A stretch of DNA of 64,000 nt from Trichodelitschia bisporula (lineage: Eukaryota). The position numbers were made by a program, and so were the translations under genes. Location of the stretch: the NCBI GenBank assembly GCA_010356995.1, contig ML996706.1, positions 253,789 to 317,788 on the forward strand, read 5' to 3'. Shown here piece after piece: positions 37,501 through 50,934 of the stretch; within the stretch, counting starts at the first letter, position 1, and each line of letters starts with the position of its first letter. Below the pieces are notes generated by a model. It had not been told where the DNA came from and did no database searches. It saw only the letters and a program-made list of their open reading frames with translations.

Positions 37501-39493
37501 AATAGGCGCGGAACGGGGTGTCGTGCTGCAAGTTGCAAGTGCGATACAATACGTAGGTGGAACGTGAAGGGGCTTCCTCTTTGTCAAATGTCGGGCTCGA
37601 AGCTCTGGGCTGAGGCAACCGAACGTCTCGTGTGACACCCTAGGGACCCGATGGTGAGGAAAGAGGGGACACGAATGATCGAGTTCTCTCCCATACGAAA
37701 TCCCATTCTCCCGACGGGCTGGCGTGGCTGGGACAAGGAAGAAGTCGAGAAGGCGAGCGCAAATTGCCGCCAAGTGTGACAGTGTCGGACCCGCACAAGT
37801 GATGCGATTCGAATGCGAAGCGCCTGCGGCAGCGCAGAAATGCTTGGTACCGCACACAGTACGGTAGAGGATGGGGGGTCGGAGGCGAGGTTTGCCTGAC
37901 AAAAATGCTTGGGATGTGCGGTCATGATGCGTCTAAAGTGTTGTCTGGAAAGTGCAAACCACACTCTTGGGGGATACTTACGCTACGCTTCTGATCCCAA
38001 TTTTTTTGATTTTGATGAGCGCGATACAGCTTAGGTGCTTTATTGACGAGATAAGACGATGCCTAGAAGACAAGGCTATGAATGACTAGGCAGATCTGCG
38101 AGCTTCGGCTGGTAGTCCAGCCTTCCTACTGACGATGCATATAACCTTATATGTTTACCAAAGTAAGAGTTGGTACGCCTGAAATGTAAGTGGTGTCGGG
38201 GACATTGGCCGTTGCAGACATGCAGCACGCGGACAATCTTTCTCGGGTTGTGGACTGAGTGCCGCTAACTACGCAATGGCACACCATTTGGGGTCTGGTG
38301 GTTGGATCAAAGAAATCGAAGGCGGTAAAGATCGGGAAGAGACAAAAGAGGAGGGTGGGGTAAAAGGGTACGGGTATATAGCCCGATGAGTGACTGAGAA
38401 GGCGTTCTTTTGAAAGGAGCAGGTTAAATTTGATCATAGCGATGCGCTGGTGGTACGAATTGGAGCATGGAGTCGAGTAGACTAGTTCTAGCAGCTGTGA
38501 CGCTGCTGGTGCGTACATTCGTAGTAGTATGACAGTTTCTGAAAGGACGACGATGCTAGCTGCGACGATGCTAGCTGCCAGCTGCCATTGCGCTGCTCTC
38601 TCTCGGCGCTGAACTGCGCCTTCGCACTCTGATTCCTCGCCTCTTCTCGCCTATCCGAGCTTGGGATATTTCCTTGGTATGAAAAATGGGGAAGTTGGAC
38701 TTTTTAAGGAGAAACTCTCACGACACTGCTGCTCCTCTACAACGGAGTGGGTAGGTACATAGGAGGGTGGCTATGCTAGCCTTGGCGCACCACTCAGGCT
38801 TTCCTCGTTGGGCCGAAGGGACAGGGGCGCTTTGCGATGGCAAGGGTGATGGATCCTCCCCCCATGCCCCCCCCCATTACTCGATTCTTGAACCTCTTGC
38901 TTTGTAAATCTTCTAATCTCAACCGGGTTCTCCATTCCATCGTCTCCCAGAGAACTTCCCACCTGACCTTGTGCTTTTGCTCGCTTCTTTGCTTGCTCTC
39001 TGTATTCTTTTAGTCCTTCTCCTCGTCAACAATGCCTTCCGTCTAGCTTCCGTCATGGCGCTTGCTCCTTTTGGTCTCTCCGAACACTGCCACACAGACG
39101 ACAGCTTGGTAGACTTACGGAGCCGCGCTCCATTGTCCACCTCCATTGTCCACTGTTACTGTTCGATTGAAAGGGTCCTGTCTCGACACTCGGTCTTCTC
39201 CGTCACCAGCCTCATCCATTCAGCTTTGTAGTTGCCGTCGCCACAGCTGTTAACATACGCGTCGAAAGTCTGCGCCTCATCAGTGTGACGCGACTATCAC
39301 AAGACTTCGCCTCCAAACCCACCCAGACTCAAGAAGTACTTCAGGTTTCTGCACCCGGAAAGTCACCATTCTCCGTTGCCGATACCGCACCATTTGACCC
39401 TAGACCGTTTGCCTGATCGCAAACGACTTTCCGCTGGATCGCCTGTACCGTCAATCTAGAGGAAGTATAGCTCCGTGGCATTAGTCCAGCTAT

Positions 39494-42400
39494 ATGGTCG
39501 ACCAGAGTCCCGCGGCGCCCCTAAGACGGCCCCGCGCGCCGACAATCACTGTTGATACATCGGCGGTTAGTGAGCAACATGGTAAGTGGTTCTCCTCTCC
39601 CATGTTGGAAGAGATATGGCGCATTACCAAGATGGGCGCATGTTTGCTCGCAGCACTTGCGCTGAAAGCCTGGGGCAAACTGAAGAAGCTCGTTCGAGGG
39701 CCGCGGACGCGTATTTTCACGCGTCGGGCTACCAGTTCTCCAAGGCCCCAGCAACCGCACTCATCCTGCTCGCATTTTTCTGCCACTTCTGCTTCCAACT
39801 CGCCCCAACTCAATCGCTGACATCTAGTCACTGCAGCTCCTGAGGTTTCCTCACCATCCACATTCAATTCGGGAGATCCGAATTCGTTGGTTGTTCCCAT
39901 AAGACAGAGCCGTGCGCGAGGCGATTCCGTCGACTCACAATTGACCCATTCATCACATTCCAGTCGGACATTCGTCGAAAACCCATCCTCCCCGATACAC
40001 GGAAGTTCCAACGTCAGTACAACTTCCGGGATGGGTGAAGACGACGTCGACCTCTCCACCGAGGAGATTCCCGACAATCCATTCGCATTCACTCCGTCGC
40101 AGCTCCAGAAGCTGCTCGATCCGAAGAATCTTGGTGTTTTCCAAGCTTTGGGCGGCCCCGTCGGCTTGCAAACTGGACTCCGAACCGATCTTGTCGCCGG
40201 ATTGAGCATTGATGAGCAGACGCTCGATGGAAAAATCAGCTTCGAGCAGGCGAAGTCCGCCGCAGATGACACAGAAACGCCACGCCCCGAGCCTGGAGTC
40301 GGACGCACAGATACCGCTCAAACACAACGGACCACACGGGATCGCAAGTCATACGTCGACCGGGAACGCATCTTTGGGGAGAACCGTCTCCCAGAACGCA
40401 AGTCCAAAAGCATCTGGGCGCTCGCCTGGATAGCTCTACAGGACAAGGTGCTGATTCTCTTGAGCATTGCGGCTGTCGTTTCGCTGGCCCTCGGCCTTTA
40501 TCAAACCTTCGGCACCACGCATGAGCAGGGAGCAAAGGTCGAATGGGTAGAGGGCGTGGCCATCATCGTGGCCATTACCATTGTGGTATTCGTTGGCGCT
40601 GTCAATGACTGGCAGAAAGAAAGACAGTTCGTTAAGCTCAATCGGAAAAAGGAGGATCGCATGGTTAAGGCTGTTCGTTCAGGGAAGAGCCAGAAGATTT
40701 CCATCTATGACGTCCAAGTCGGGGACGTGCTTCTTCTGGAACAGGGCGACATCATCCCGGTAGATGGCATCTTCATTGGTGGTCACAATGTGTCTTGTGA
40801 CGAGTCTTCCGCTACAGGCGAATCCGATCTGATGAAGAAGACGGCCGCAAGCGACGTTTTCGAAGCCATCAAGAAAGGCCAATCGACTCGGAAAATGGAC
40901 CCGTTCATTCTGTCCGGTGCGAAGGTTGCGGATGGGTTTGGCACGTTCGTTGTCACGGCTGTTGGCCAAACCTCCACCTATGGACGTACAATGATGGCGC
41001 TTCGGGATGATAATGAAGTCACACCGCTGCAGTTCAAATTAAACGTCTTGGCCGGTACGTACCTCGACAAGCCATCGGGAAAAGCTAACAACTGCAGGTT
41101 ACATCGCGAAGCTCGGTAGCGCTGCCGGTCTTCTTCTGTTCGGCGTCCTTCTCATCGAGTTCTTGGCCCGTCTGCCTCACAATCATGGCACGGCGCAGCA
41201 AAAAGCGCAGCAGTTCCTGCGCATTCTCATCACGGCCATCACTATCATCGTTGTAGCGGTCCCGGAAGGTCTCCCGCTCGCTGTCACTCTAGCCCTTGCG
41301 TTCGCGACAAAGCGGATGACAAAGGATAACAATCTGGTTCGGCACCTTCAGTCTTGCGAAACCATGGGTAACGCGACTGTCATCTGCTCCGACAAGACGG
41401 GCACCCTCACGCAAAACGTGATGACGGTGGTGGCGGGTACGATTGGAGCTGGCAATCTGTACTTTGGCGAGGCCGACAAGTTGCCCAAGCGCGCCGCAGG
41501 CAAGACATCGGAATCCGTCGAGGTTACGAGTCCCGTCGAGAGTGTAGACTCTCCAAATTCGGCTTCATCGCCTGCACATGGAGCTGGAATTGAGGTGTCC
41601 CTGGCCGGCCTCCCGGATCGCCTCAACGCTGAGCTCCGTGAGATTCTGAAGCAGTCCATTGCTGTCAACACTACCGCCTTTGAAGGGGTTGAGAACGGCA
41701 AGGCCGCCTTCATTGGAACCAAGACCGAAACCGCTCTCTTGGAATGGGCTCAGAAGTACCTTGGCCTCGGCGAGCTCAGCACAGAGCGCAGCAACGCTCC
41801 GTTGAAGCAACTCTTCCCGTTCGATTCTGGCAAGAAATGCATGGGCGCCGTGGTCTCGATCGGTGCCGGTAGGTACCGTATGTACATCAAGGGAGCGCCG
41901 GAAATCTTGCTCGACCACTGCTCAACCATTGTCGACGACCCAGTCGAGAAAATTTCGGTCAAGGCCCTTCAGGATAACCACAAAAAGGACCTCAAGGGGA
42001 CCATTATGCAGTACGCTAAGCTTTCTCTGCGCACCATGGCCATCGCCTATCGCGACTTTGACGACTGGCCGCCAGCGGGTGCCGCGCAAGAGAATAGCGA
42101 TGCCGACTTCAATCGCGTTTTCAACAGTCTGACCTGGCTTGGCGTGGTTGGCATCCAGGATCCTGTCCGTGAAGGCGTGGCCAAGGCCGTCGGCGACTGC
42201 CAGCGTGCCGGTGTAAACGTCAAAATGGTGACAGGAGACAACATTGAGACTGCGCGTGCCATTGCGAAGGAATGCGGCATTCTCACCGAGAACGGCCTTG
42301 TCATGCAAGGCCCGGATTTCCGTCGCCTAGGTCGGCCTGAGATGGAAGATGCGGTCAAGAAGCTCTGTGTGCTCGCGCGCTCCAGCCCCGAGGACAAACG

Positions 42401-43613
42401 GATCTTGGTCAAGACGCTGATTAGCCTCGGCGAGGTTGTGGCGGTCACGGGTGACGGTACAAATGACGCACCCGCTCTCAAAGCTGCCGACGTTGGCTTC
42501 TCTATGGGAATCACTGGGACGGAAGTCGCTAAGGAGGCCTCCGACATCATCCTTATGGATGATAACTTCGCATCCATCGTTAAGGCACTTGCTTGGGGGC
42601 GCACTGTCAACGACGCCGTTAAGAAGTTCCTCCAGTTCCAGATCACTGTCAACATCACGGCTGTCGTTCTTACGTTCGTTTCGGCGGTCTCCTCCGAGTC
42701 GGAGTCATCTGTCTTGAACGCCGTTCAGCTTCTGTGGGTGAATCTGATCATGGATACTTTCGCTGCGCTTGCTCTTGCAACCGATCCGCCCTCGGGAAGT
42801 CTTCTGGACCGCAAGCCGGAACCGAAGCACTCTCCGCTGATCAATCTCACCATGTGGAAGATGATAGTCGGGCAGTCGATTTTCCAGCTTATTGTGACGT
42901 TTGTCCTCTATTTTGCTGGTCCGCACTTCCTGCACTACCCCGAGAGGCAGCAGAACACTCTAGTGTTCAACGTCTTCGTCTGGATGCAGATATTCAACGC
43001 AATCAATAGCCGTCGGATCGACAACAGCTGGAACGTTTTCGAAGGCCTGCACCGCAATTTCCTCTTTATGGCAATCATGCTGATTATGATCGGCGGCCAA
43101 GTGCTCATCGTCTTTGTCGGTGGAGCCGCCTTCGTTGTTGAGAAACTCACTGGTGCGCAATGGGGCATCTCGTTGGTTATTGGAGTTCTCTCCTTACCCA
43201 TTGGCGCCTTGATTCGCCTGATTCCGGACAGTTGGATCCGGATGTGCATTGACAAGTTTGTCCCAGCGTTCATGAAAAAGCGCCGCCCCGAGGTCCATGA
43301 TCCCGAGGGCCAGTACGACCTCGGCCGCGCGCTCCTCGAAATTAAGGACGATCTCGCTTACCTCCGTCGCATCCGCGGCGGCCGCATCAACCAAATCAAA
43401 CAGGCAGTGCGTAACCCGCGCGAGTTCATTCAGCGCTCTCGGAGCGGATCCCGCATATCCAACTCGCCGATGCACTCCGCGCTCGGCATACCGGGGCTGC
43501 TTGCCGGCACGATTGGCGGCCTGTCACCCATTGAGCGGCCTGAGAGTTTCCGGGACCAGCAGCACCTGTCGCCGCCACCGTCGTCGGCAGGACGCGGCCC
43601 TGGCCATGCCTAA
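39494..43613 (+). CDS. PMC1: P2B-type calcium-transporting ATPase (vacuolar PMCA-type)
   Basis: DESSATGES, VPEGLPLAVT, phosphorylation site ICSDKTGTLT, KGAPE, MVTGDN and GDGTNDAPAL. Introns 39582-39827 and 41055-41097. Confidence 0.95.
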
Positions 43614-44395
43614 TCATTGCATACGTGGCGTTTGGTGTCCGGCATTCTATCCTTGGGGTGGCATGCGCAGCCATTTTCTTTTTACCAACATTTCGATACC
43701 CATTCCTCCGGTCCCGAGCAATAGACAGCATTTCAGCGACCCGGGCCTCTGGCACTGAAGCCGTTTGTACCCACACCTTTCTTCACTGTATATTTTTTAC
43801 CACTTTCGCTCACCTGGCTTCAGTGTCTAGCCGGCGGTCGCGCTCTTTCCTTGGTCATGGTTCATTACGGGGGCGGTGGATGGGGCGCATACGGTAGCAG
43901 TATGCTGCAAGAAGGGAGAATCACTCACGCGGAGGGCTGGGATGTGCATACGTAAGGGAGAGTTCCGGCTAATCATAGAACCTAAGTGCTCCATAGACAA
44001 GTGCGTGGTGCGTGTTCGGGGGCGATGTCAGTAACTGCATGGCTCGTTCTTGGCCGTAAACGAGAAACGCGTAGTGGCCTATGAGGCGAAAAACTCTCCC
44101 TTCACTTTCTGTGTGTCTAAGACTTTGCTTTCTTGACGTGCTTGCTGCGCAGGTGCTCGTTCGGTATTGGCAAAAGGCGTGAGGTGCTGGTGTGGGTTGT
44201 CATGGGGGGGAGATAGAGGTCATTCAAGCATATTACAAACGCTACCTTTCGATGCCCTATTTGACGTGAAGCGAATTTGCCACAAAACGCCAGCCATGGC
44301 GGACCACAAGCGTGCTTTTCAACATCGCATACAGCGCTATGTAGGCCCCATCGCTGCCATTCCACCCCACAGCGATCATATACCCCCCTCCGATC

Positions 44396-46033
44396 CTACA
44401 GATGCAAACTCCCTAACCCCAGCCCACTCAACTCAAATACAACCGGGCTAACCTCAACCGCAAGCCATCCAATCCCAGCATAAACAATCAGCTTCGTCAC
44501 AACCTCGACATCATACCTAACGCGCGGCTTCTCGACACCGCGGAATATCTCACGCCGCTCCGCCCGCTCCCTCTCCTCCTCGTTCTCGCCCAGCCCCTCA
44601 GTCGGGCCCCTCGGACTCTCCGGCTCAGCAGACAAGCTCTTGCGCCGCTGTTCCTGGCGGTACGCTAGCGCCTCATACGCATCCGCCACGCTCTGCGGGC
44701 CAACACTAACGGCGCGACCACGCCGTCTGCGCACATCACCGACTAGCTGTGCCACCTCCGCAGCGGATGGGAGGACGTTATCATCGTGGCGCAGCTTGGG
44801 CACGCTATCGTACTGCGAGGCCTTGAGGAAGAACCGGCGGGGCAGATCGGCGCCGCCGAGCTCGATCACGCGGAACAGGGGCGGGAGGGTGCGGAGGAGG
44901 AGTGACTTGGCTGTGGCGCGCCAGGCGAAGATGAGGAGCACGCCCAGGGCGACGCGGGCGAGAGTCGTGGGCCAGCCGAGAGAGGCGAAGCTGTAGGGCG
45001 TGGTGCCCGGGTAGGGGTGCGGGAGGGAGTATGGGCCGTTGGCGTAGTGGCGGAAGGCGAGGGAGACGCCGATTAGGACACCGGCGAAGCACACGCTGTC
45101 GTCGAAACAGGGGCAGTCGTCGGCGGGTTCGGGATGCGTGCGCACGACGGCCAGGATTACGGTGAGGAGTAGGAGGATGTTAAGAATTGGGCCGTCGTGG
45201 ATCCAAGTGTCGAAGGCGTCGCCGGCAAGGATTTGTACGACGGCGATGAGAGCGCCTAGCGCGGAGCCAACTACGACGTCGAGGAAGCCGTGCATGCCGC
45301 AATATAGGCGCCCAAAGACAATAGACGTCCCGTAGGTCCAGCACAAGGCTTGGAGGCCAGTGCTCACTCCCCACGACAGCTCGTTCGTGGTTCGGAGCTC
45401 ATACAAGGCGTAGACAACTACCGAAATGGCATTTGTGGAGTGTGTCGACGGGAATCCGTACTCCAAGGCTGCGGAGCCTGACATTGTTATGCGCTGTAGA
45501 GGCGGGGACAGGGGCCTAGGAAGGCAGAGAAGATCCTTGATAATGCCGCTGATGATGACGCCCAGGGCGAGGAGATGCACCATTCTGTAGGTTCAGGGTC
45601 AGCCTCGCGCCCAAGTACCACTGTGTAGAGGGGGGACATACGCCCGGCCCAGCCTGGTATAGCCACACCAGAACAGCACTGGCAGCATAACCATGAAGAA
45701 CGTGTGTGTGCCCAAGTTCGCCGTGAACGCGAAGTAGGAATCGAGCGTCGGCGTGCGGAATCGGGCCTGCAAGCGGGCGAGATAAGGCGTCTCGTAGCGA
45801 ACGACGGGGATCAGCGCCTGGCGGAAGGCATATCTCCAGCGGGATAACCTCGCGACATCTGCGCACAGGGTTAGAATGCCTTTGCCGGTCTATGGAACAG
45901 ACAACGTACAATGGTCGACAGGCCGCATGCCCGCATCGAGGATCTTCTTCTCCGCCGCATTCTCGAGGTCAATGGGCGTCTGGAGGGCAGGAGTCGATCC
46001 CGCCGGCGGCGCGGCGGGAGCATCATGCATCAT
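44396..46033 (-). CDS. LCB3: Sphingoid long-chain base-1-phosphate phosphatase (PAP2)
   Basis: ANLGTHTFFM, KDLLCLPRPLSPP, EYGFPSTHS, GRLYCGMH, DDCPCFDDS and RYDVEVVTKLIVYAGI; two introns. Confidence 0.92.
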
Positions 46034-47026
46034 ATGAGCATCTGCGAGGGGCGATTTTGGTTCCCGGTAGGAGAAGATGAGACGTTAGAGTTCGTGAGGG
46101 GATCAGTGACTTTGGCTAGGCACTCTAGGGAAGCAGTGAGCAGGAGCCAGTGGCCGGTTTAGCGCCGAGATCGAAGACGATCACGTGTAAAACGGGCGCA
46201 TTTTGGCGCAACTCAAGACCCACAAGGCTGTTAAGCTTCTTTTCTTCTGATTTTGAGACATATTTGTTGCTTATACGTGGATGTTTGAAGATATGAGCGA
46301 GACGCTTTAAGAATGAGACGAACTGTCAACCGGAATGATGTTGCCACGTGAGAAGCCGGCGTCATGCATCACAGGCATGTACCGTAAGCGGGCAACCTCA
46401 AGCAGAGATTATTGAATTGAATATGCTCTGGTGGTCTCCGGAATGAAGCCAACTCCCACACCTACCAGGTGCAAACGGAGTACGCGATGGCATTGAAAAG
46501 TTGGAAATACAGAGTTCGTCAATGGCTCATAAATTGATGCGATGGGCCAAGGTGCAGGGCGCCAGGCTACATACGCGGGGCGCCGTAGTGGGGCCGTAGA
46601 TAGGGAATGGGTATCGCCCAGCATATATAACTGGGACTGAGTAGTGAGAATGGAGGGGAGATGGCGGTACAAACATGCAGTGAAAGAGTGCGGAATATGT
46701 CTGATCTCCCTCATGGAGCATGGAGGATCGGGATGGCGGAGAATTGTTCCTGCACCCCGGTCGCGCCCTGAAACGTCATTGCCCGCGTGCGTCGCCCTAG
46801 CAACGGCCCAGCTTCTAAACACGCCCAGATAGCCCTGCATCACCAATCGCCCGCCTGACTCCCGCAACCACGAACCTCAACCCCCCCAACTTCTCCTTTC
46901 CGCTGTACATAACGAGCCCTTCGTTTAAGAACTGCTCACTGCGCACATCTTCAAGTGCTAGCGTACTGCTTGCTTTCGTCTCCATCACCCACTGTCTCCA
47001 CCCCACGAGCTAGACAAACAGCTATC

Positions 47027-47997
47027 ATGTCTACCATCAAGCCCGTCGCAGCGGCGCAGACGTCCAACTACGACTATCTCCGTCGTAAGAACTCAGAGCG
47101 CGCTCCCGTCTCCCGCGAGTCTTCACTCCGCAAGCCCATTCGCGATCCAAGCGAGCGTGTGAGCAATGGCACCGTCAGCTCCGCCATGACCACGTCTACT
47201 GGCTACGAGTCCGCCATGACGAACATCACCGAGCCTCCAGCATTCTCCAAGAAAATCGTTGTTGTGGGCGATGGTGGCTGTGGAAAGACCTGCCTCCTTA
47301 TCAGCTATGCTGAGGGTCACTTCCCTGAGGTACTTTTCCCGCTCTCTATCCGCTGCGTGTTCTGACATGCGTAGAAATACGTCCCCACCGTCTTCGAGAA
47401 CTACATCACCATGACTACTCACCCACCCACGGGGAAGAGCGTTGAGCTCGCTCTCTGGGATACTGCTGGCCAGGAGGAGTACGATCGTCTCCGTCCGCTG
47501 TCGTATCCTGAGACGGACCTCATCTTCGTGTGCTTCGCAATTGACTGCCCGAACTCGCTCGAGAATGTTATGGACAAGGTATTTGCACCCCTTATCCTTC
47601 CTCAATATGAATCTAACTTCGCAAGTGGTACCCCGAAGTTCTCCACTTTTGTCCCACAACCCCCATAATCCTCTGCGGTCTGAAGTCCGACCTACGTAAC
47701 AAGAAGTCGTGCATCGATCTTCTCCGCGCCCAGGGTCTCCAGCCTATCTCCACAGAGCAAGGTCGTAATGTTGCTCGGAAGATGGGCGCCCATTACATGG
47801 AGTGTTCCTCCAAGGAACGCATCGGCATCGAGGAGATCTTCGATACCGCCATTACCATGGCCGTAGGTGATGAGGGCCAGGAGCGGGAGGTTCCTAGCAC
47901 GAGCGGGTCGGGCAGCGCCGGTGCTGGTGGTCGGAGTAGCGGGCTGGGCGTCTCGGGGAAGCGCAAGAAGAAGCGGGGTGGGTGCAGGATTCTCTAA
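47027..47997 (+). CDS. RHO4: Rho-family GTPase, Rho4-like with N-terminal extension
   Basis: [39 protein letters not shown], polybasic tail and CaaX CRIL; two introns. Confidence 0.9.
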
Positions 47998-48426
47998 AGG
48001 GGACGGGGGAATGGACTACGACTGCATGACCGACACGCGATGCGCTGCTGCTGTTTGACTTTTTCTTTGTGGGTCGGGATTGAATGCATCTCTAGCGGCG
48101 TTATGGTGTGGCTCATCTAGCGGCGTCTGTTTTTCTGCGGACGTGATGTCAAGGCTTTACAGTCAGCACGTGGTCGGAGGCTCATGGCAGACGGGAGCGG
48201 TGCTCGACATAGACGGTAACACGAGGTTGCTCAGTTGTAACAGAAAGCGATGTGACCATAATTCGTCAGGTTTTCGTCTCAAATCATGGAGCTACTCCAT
48301 TGCCTTGCTGTGTGAATCGTGACCTGCCTCCCCATGCCCAATGTGCTGAGCCATTGCAGCATTCGAGCTCATTTGAGAGTGTGTTGGTACGACATATATC
48401 ACCCATACCAGCATCTCAATGCTACT

Positions 48427-48759
48427 TCATCCCCTCAAAATTTCTGTCGTCTCGCCCTCTTCTGTGCCCTCTCCCGCCGGCTGCTCTTCCTGCGTACCCA
48501 TGACGGACTCGAACTGACTCCACAAGGCCTCGACGCTGCTGAACTCGTTCCCGACGGCGATGACAGCTTCCACGCTGCGGTTCAGGCGGTTGAGGTTCGT
48601 AAGGACGGAGTCCATAGACTACGCGTTGTTAGAACCGCCAGCTTGGGATCACGGGGCGGGGCATTGTACGGCGGCTATCCCGCTCACGAGCAAGGCGCGC
48701 TGCTGGTGGAAGAAAGTTTGTTGTGAGAGGTCGGCGGGGTTGGGGCGTGTTGTGGACAT
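48427..48759 (-). CDS. DAD1: DASH complex subunit Dad1
   Basis: [52 protein letters not shown] with one intron. Confidence 0.92.
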
Positions 48760-49740
48760 TCTCAGAGACGTGAGATCGATGTATTAGGTTTGTGGCGTAG
48801 AGAGGCGGTAAATTGCGTCGCGGAAATGATGGCGTATGGGATTTCTGAGCCCCGATCGCGGATCGTGCATCGTGGTGTTGATGTTAGGCGCGTGGCGGGG
48901 TGTCAGCTGCTTTTCTTGGCATTGTGGGGTACCGTATCGTCGAGATTTCGGACAGCCTTAAGCTCAACGACATCCACTCTCGCTATGCGCTCGTGCTTTC
49001 TGGTCGGCCTCTGCATGAAGTCAATACTCCTGTCAGATCCCGTATGGGGATCTCTTGCTGGCCAATGCACATTCAATGTCTCGTGGTTCTGTCCATCCAT
49101 CGGCAAGCCGTTGCACCCTTCTCAACCAGCTTCCGTACCTCGCATTTCAAGAATGCCATGTCCTCACTTACTGCACGGGCAGCATGGGCTGGGCTTTGTA
49201 GCTGGTCATTTGTATCCAATCATTTTCATCTTCAAACGGATATATTCCGCTTAGCAAACAAATTATGGTCCCTCGCTGTTCCGGTCTTCGCAATTCGGGT
49301 CTTCAGAGACTTCGATCCGGATTCATATCCGGCCACCTACTACGTATCCTAACAGAGCCATGGCATATCTTGGCCATTCAAAGACTCTTGAGTCGGGCAA
49401 TACTGTTTCAAACTCTACGGAGTAGACAGTGCTTTACTCACAAGCTTGTCCCGAGCTAGCACATCCTCAGGTTAGAGCTCGCCCTCCTAAACCCACTTCT
49501 TTTCGCCTTCGGTGTTATGCTTGCTGCTACCTCAGCCCCGTGAACAGAACGGTCGTCCAATCCTTCAAGTGCGGATGTGTATGTTCACCCGCGCCTGGGA
49601 TTCTGATGTACACTTGGCGGATATGGATAGCCGACGGACAAGCAACTCCACGAGGCTGAAATGCGGGGTGGAACCAACGCATATAAGTCCTCTGTAGATG
49701 CTCTAAATCAGGACCAACAGCCTAACATCTCCAACTCACA

Positions 49741-50569
49741 ATGTCCGACCTTACTGGAAAAGTTATCGCCATTACCGGTGCCGCCTCCGGCATCGGCCTC
49801 GCAACCGCCTTCCTTCTCGCCTCGCGCGGAGCTTCCCTCTCGCTTGCCGATATCCAAGGCCCCGCTTTGGACTCCACCGCCGCCGATATCAAGGCTAAAC
49901 ACGATGTTCCGATCCATACGTCCGTCGTCGATGTCCGCAACGTCGCCCAAGTCGATGGCTGGATCGAATCGACGGTTAAAGTCCTCGGCCGCCTTGACGG
50001 CGCCGTCAACCTCGCCGGTGTGATCGGCAAGTCCATTGGCCATGCGGGCGTGAAAGATTTCGACGAGGAGGAGTGGCAATTTATCATCGATGTCAACTTG
50101 ACCGGCCTCATGCATTGCATGCGTGCGCAGCTTAAGGTCATTGCCGAGGGCGGGAGCGTCGTCAATGCTTCTTCCGTTGGCGGCATCATGGGCCGGGCGT
50201 TCAACTCGGCGTATGTGGCAAGCAAGTGGGCTGTTATTGGACTGTCTGCGTCGGCCGCTAAGGAAGTTGGTGAACGGGGAGTGCGAGTGAACGCTGTCTG
50301 CCCGTAGGTCTAGCGTCTGTCTTCTCGTTGCCCTTTGCTTATTGTCCAGTGGCTTCATTCAGACTCCTATGCAGGCCAAGTCGAACGAGATTCAGTTCCA
50401 GAAGGGCGAAGAGTGGAAGCAGATGAAGGGCACAGAAATGTACGGTGTACCTCTGAGGAGACCAGGGCAGCCGGATGAGGTTGCGCGACTTATTGCGTTT
50501 TTGCTGGGAGATGATTCCAAGTTTATCACGGGGGTTGCGTACCGTGTTGACGGAGGTTTGGTGTGCTAG
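49741..50569 (+). CDS. Short-chain dehydrogenase/reductase
   Basis: TGAASGIG, VNLAGV, YVASK and VRVNAVCP|GFIQTPM; one intron. Confidence 0.92.
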
Positions 50570-50934
50570 ACAAGGTAGGATCTGTCGGGGTGCGGGTTCA
50601 GTAGGTATCTTTGCTAATATTGCATCGCAGGGACCTTGGCGATGCGGTTTCAATCCACGATGGTGCGCTTTGCCTCTTTATTCCAAATGTATGGCGTAGT
50701 GTGGACTGGCAAAATGGAACCCATGACCTAGATCAACATGTCAAAAAGCAAAAGCATGAATCGCCTTCACTGGCGCCTTGTTCCTGACTTAGCTCAGACA
50801 GAGCAAGCCGTTACCGTTGCGTTGCTCCGAAGTGCCGACACTAGTAATGCTTGATGCCTTAACCTCACCAAGAACACAAGACAACCAACCATGACAGTTG
50901 ATGAAAACGACCCACCGAAACCCGAAGGTTTTTA

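Noticed and set aside
37921..37998. Possible C/D snoRNA (ATGATGC...CTGA)
   Set aside because: Imperfect C box and no recognisable guide sequence.
34600..39490. Telomerase RNA candidate in the long intergenic region
   Set aside because: No TAACCCTAA-type template seen on either strand.
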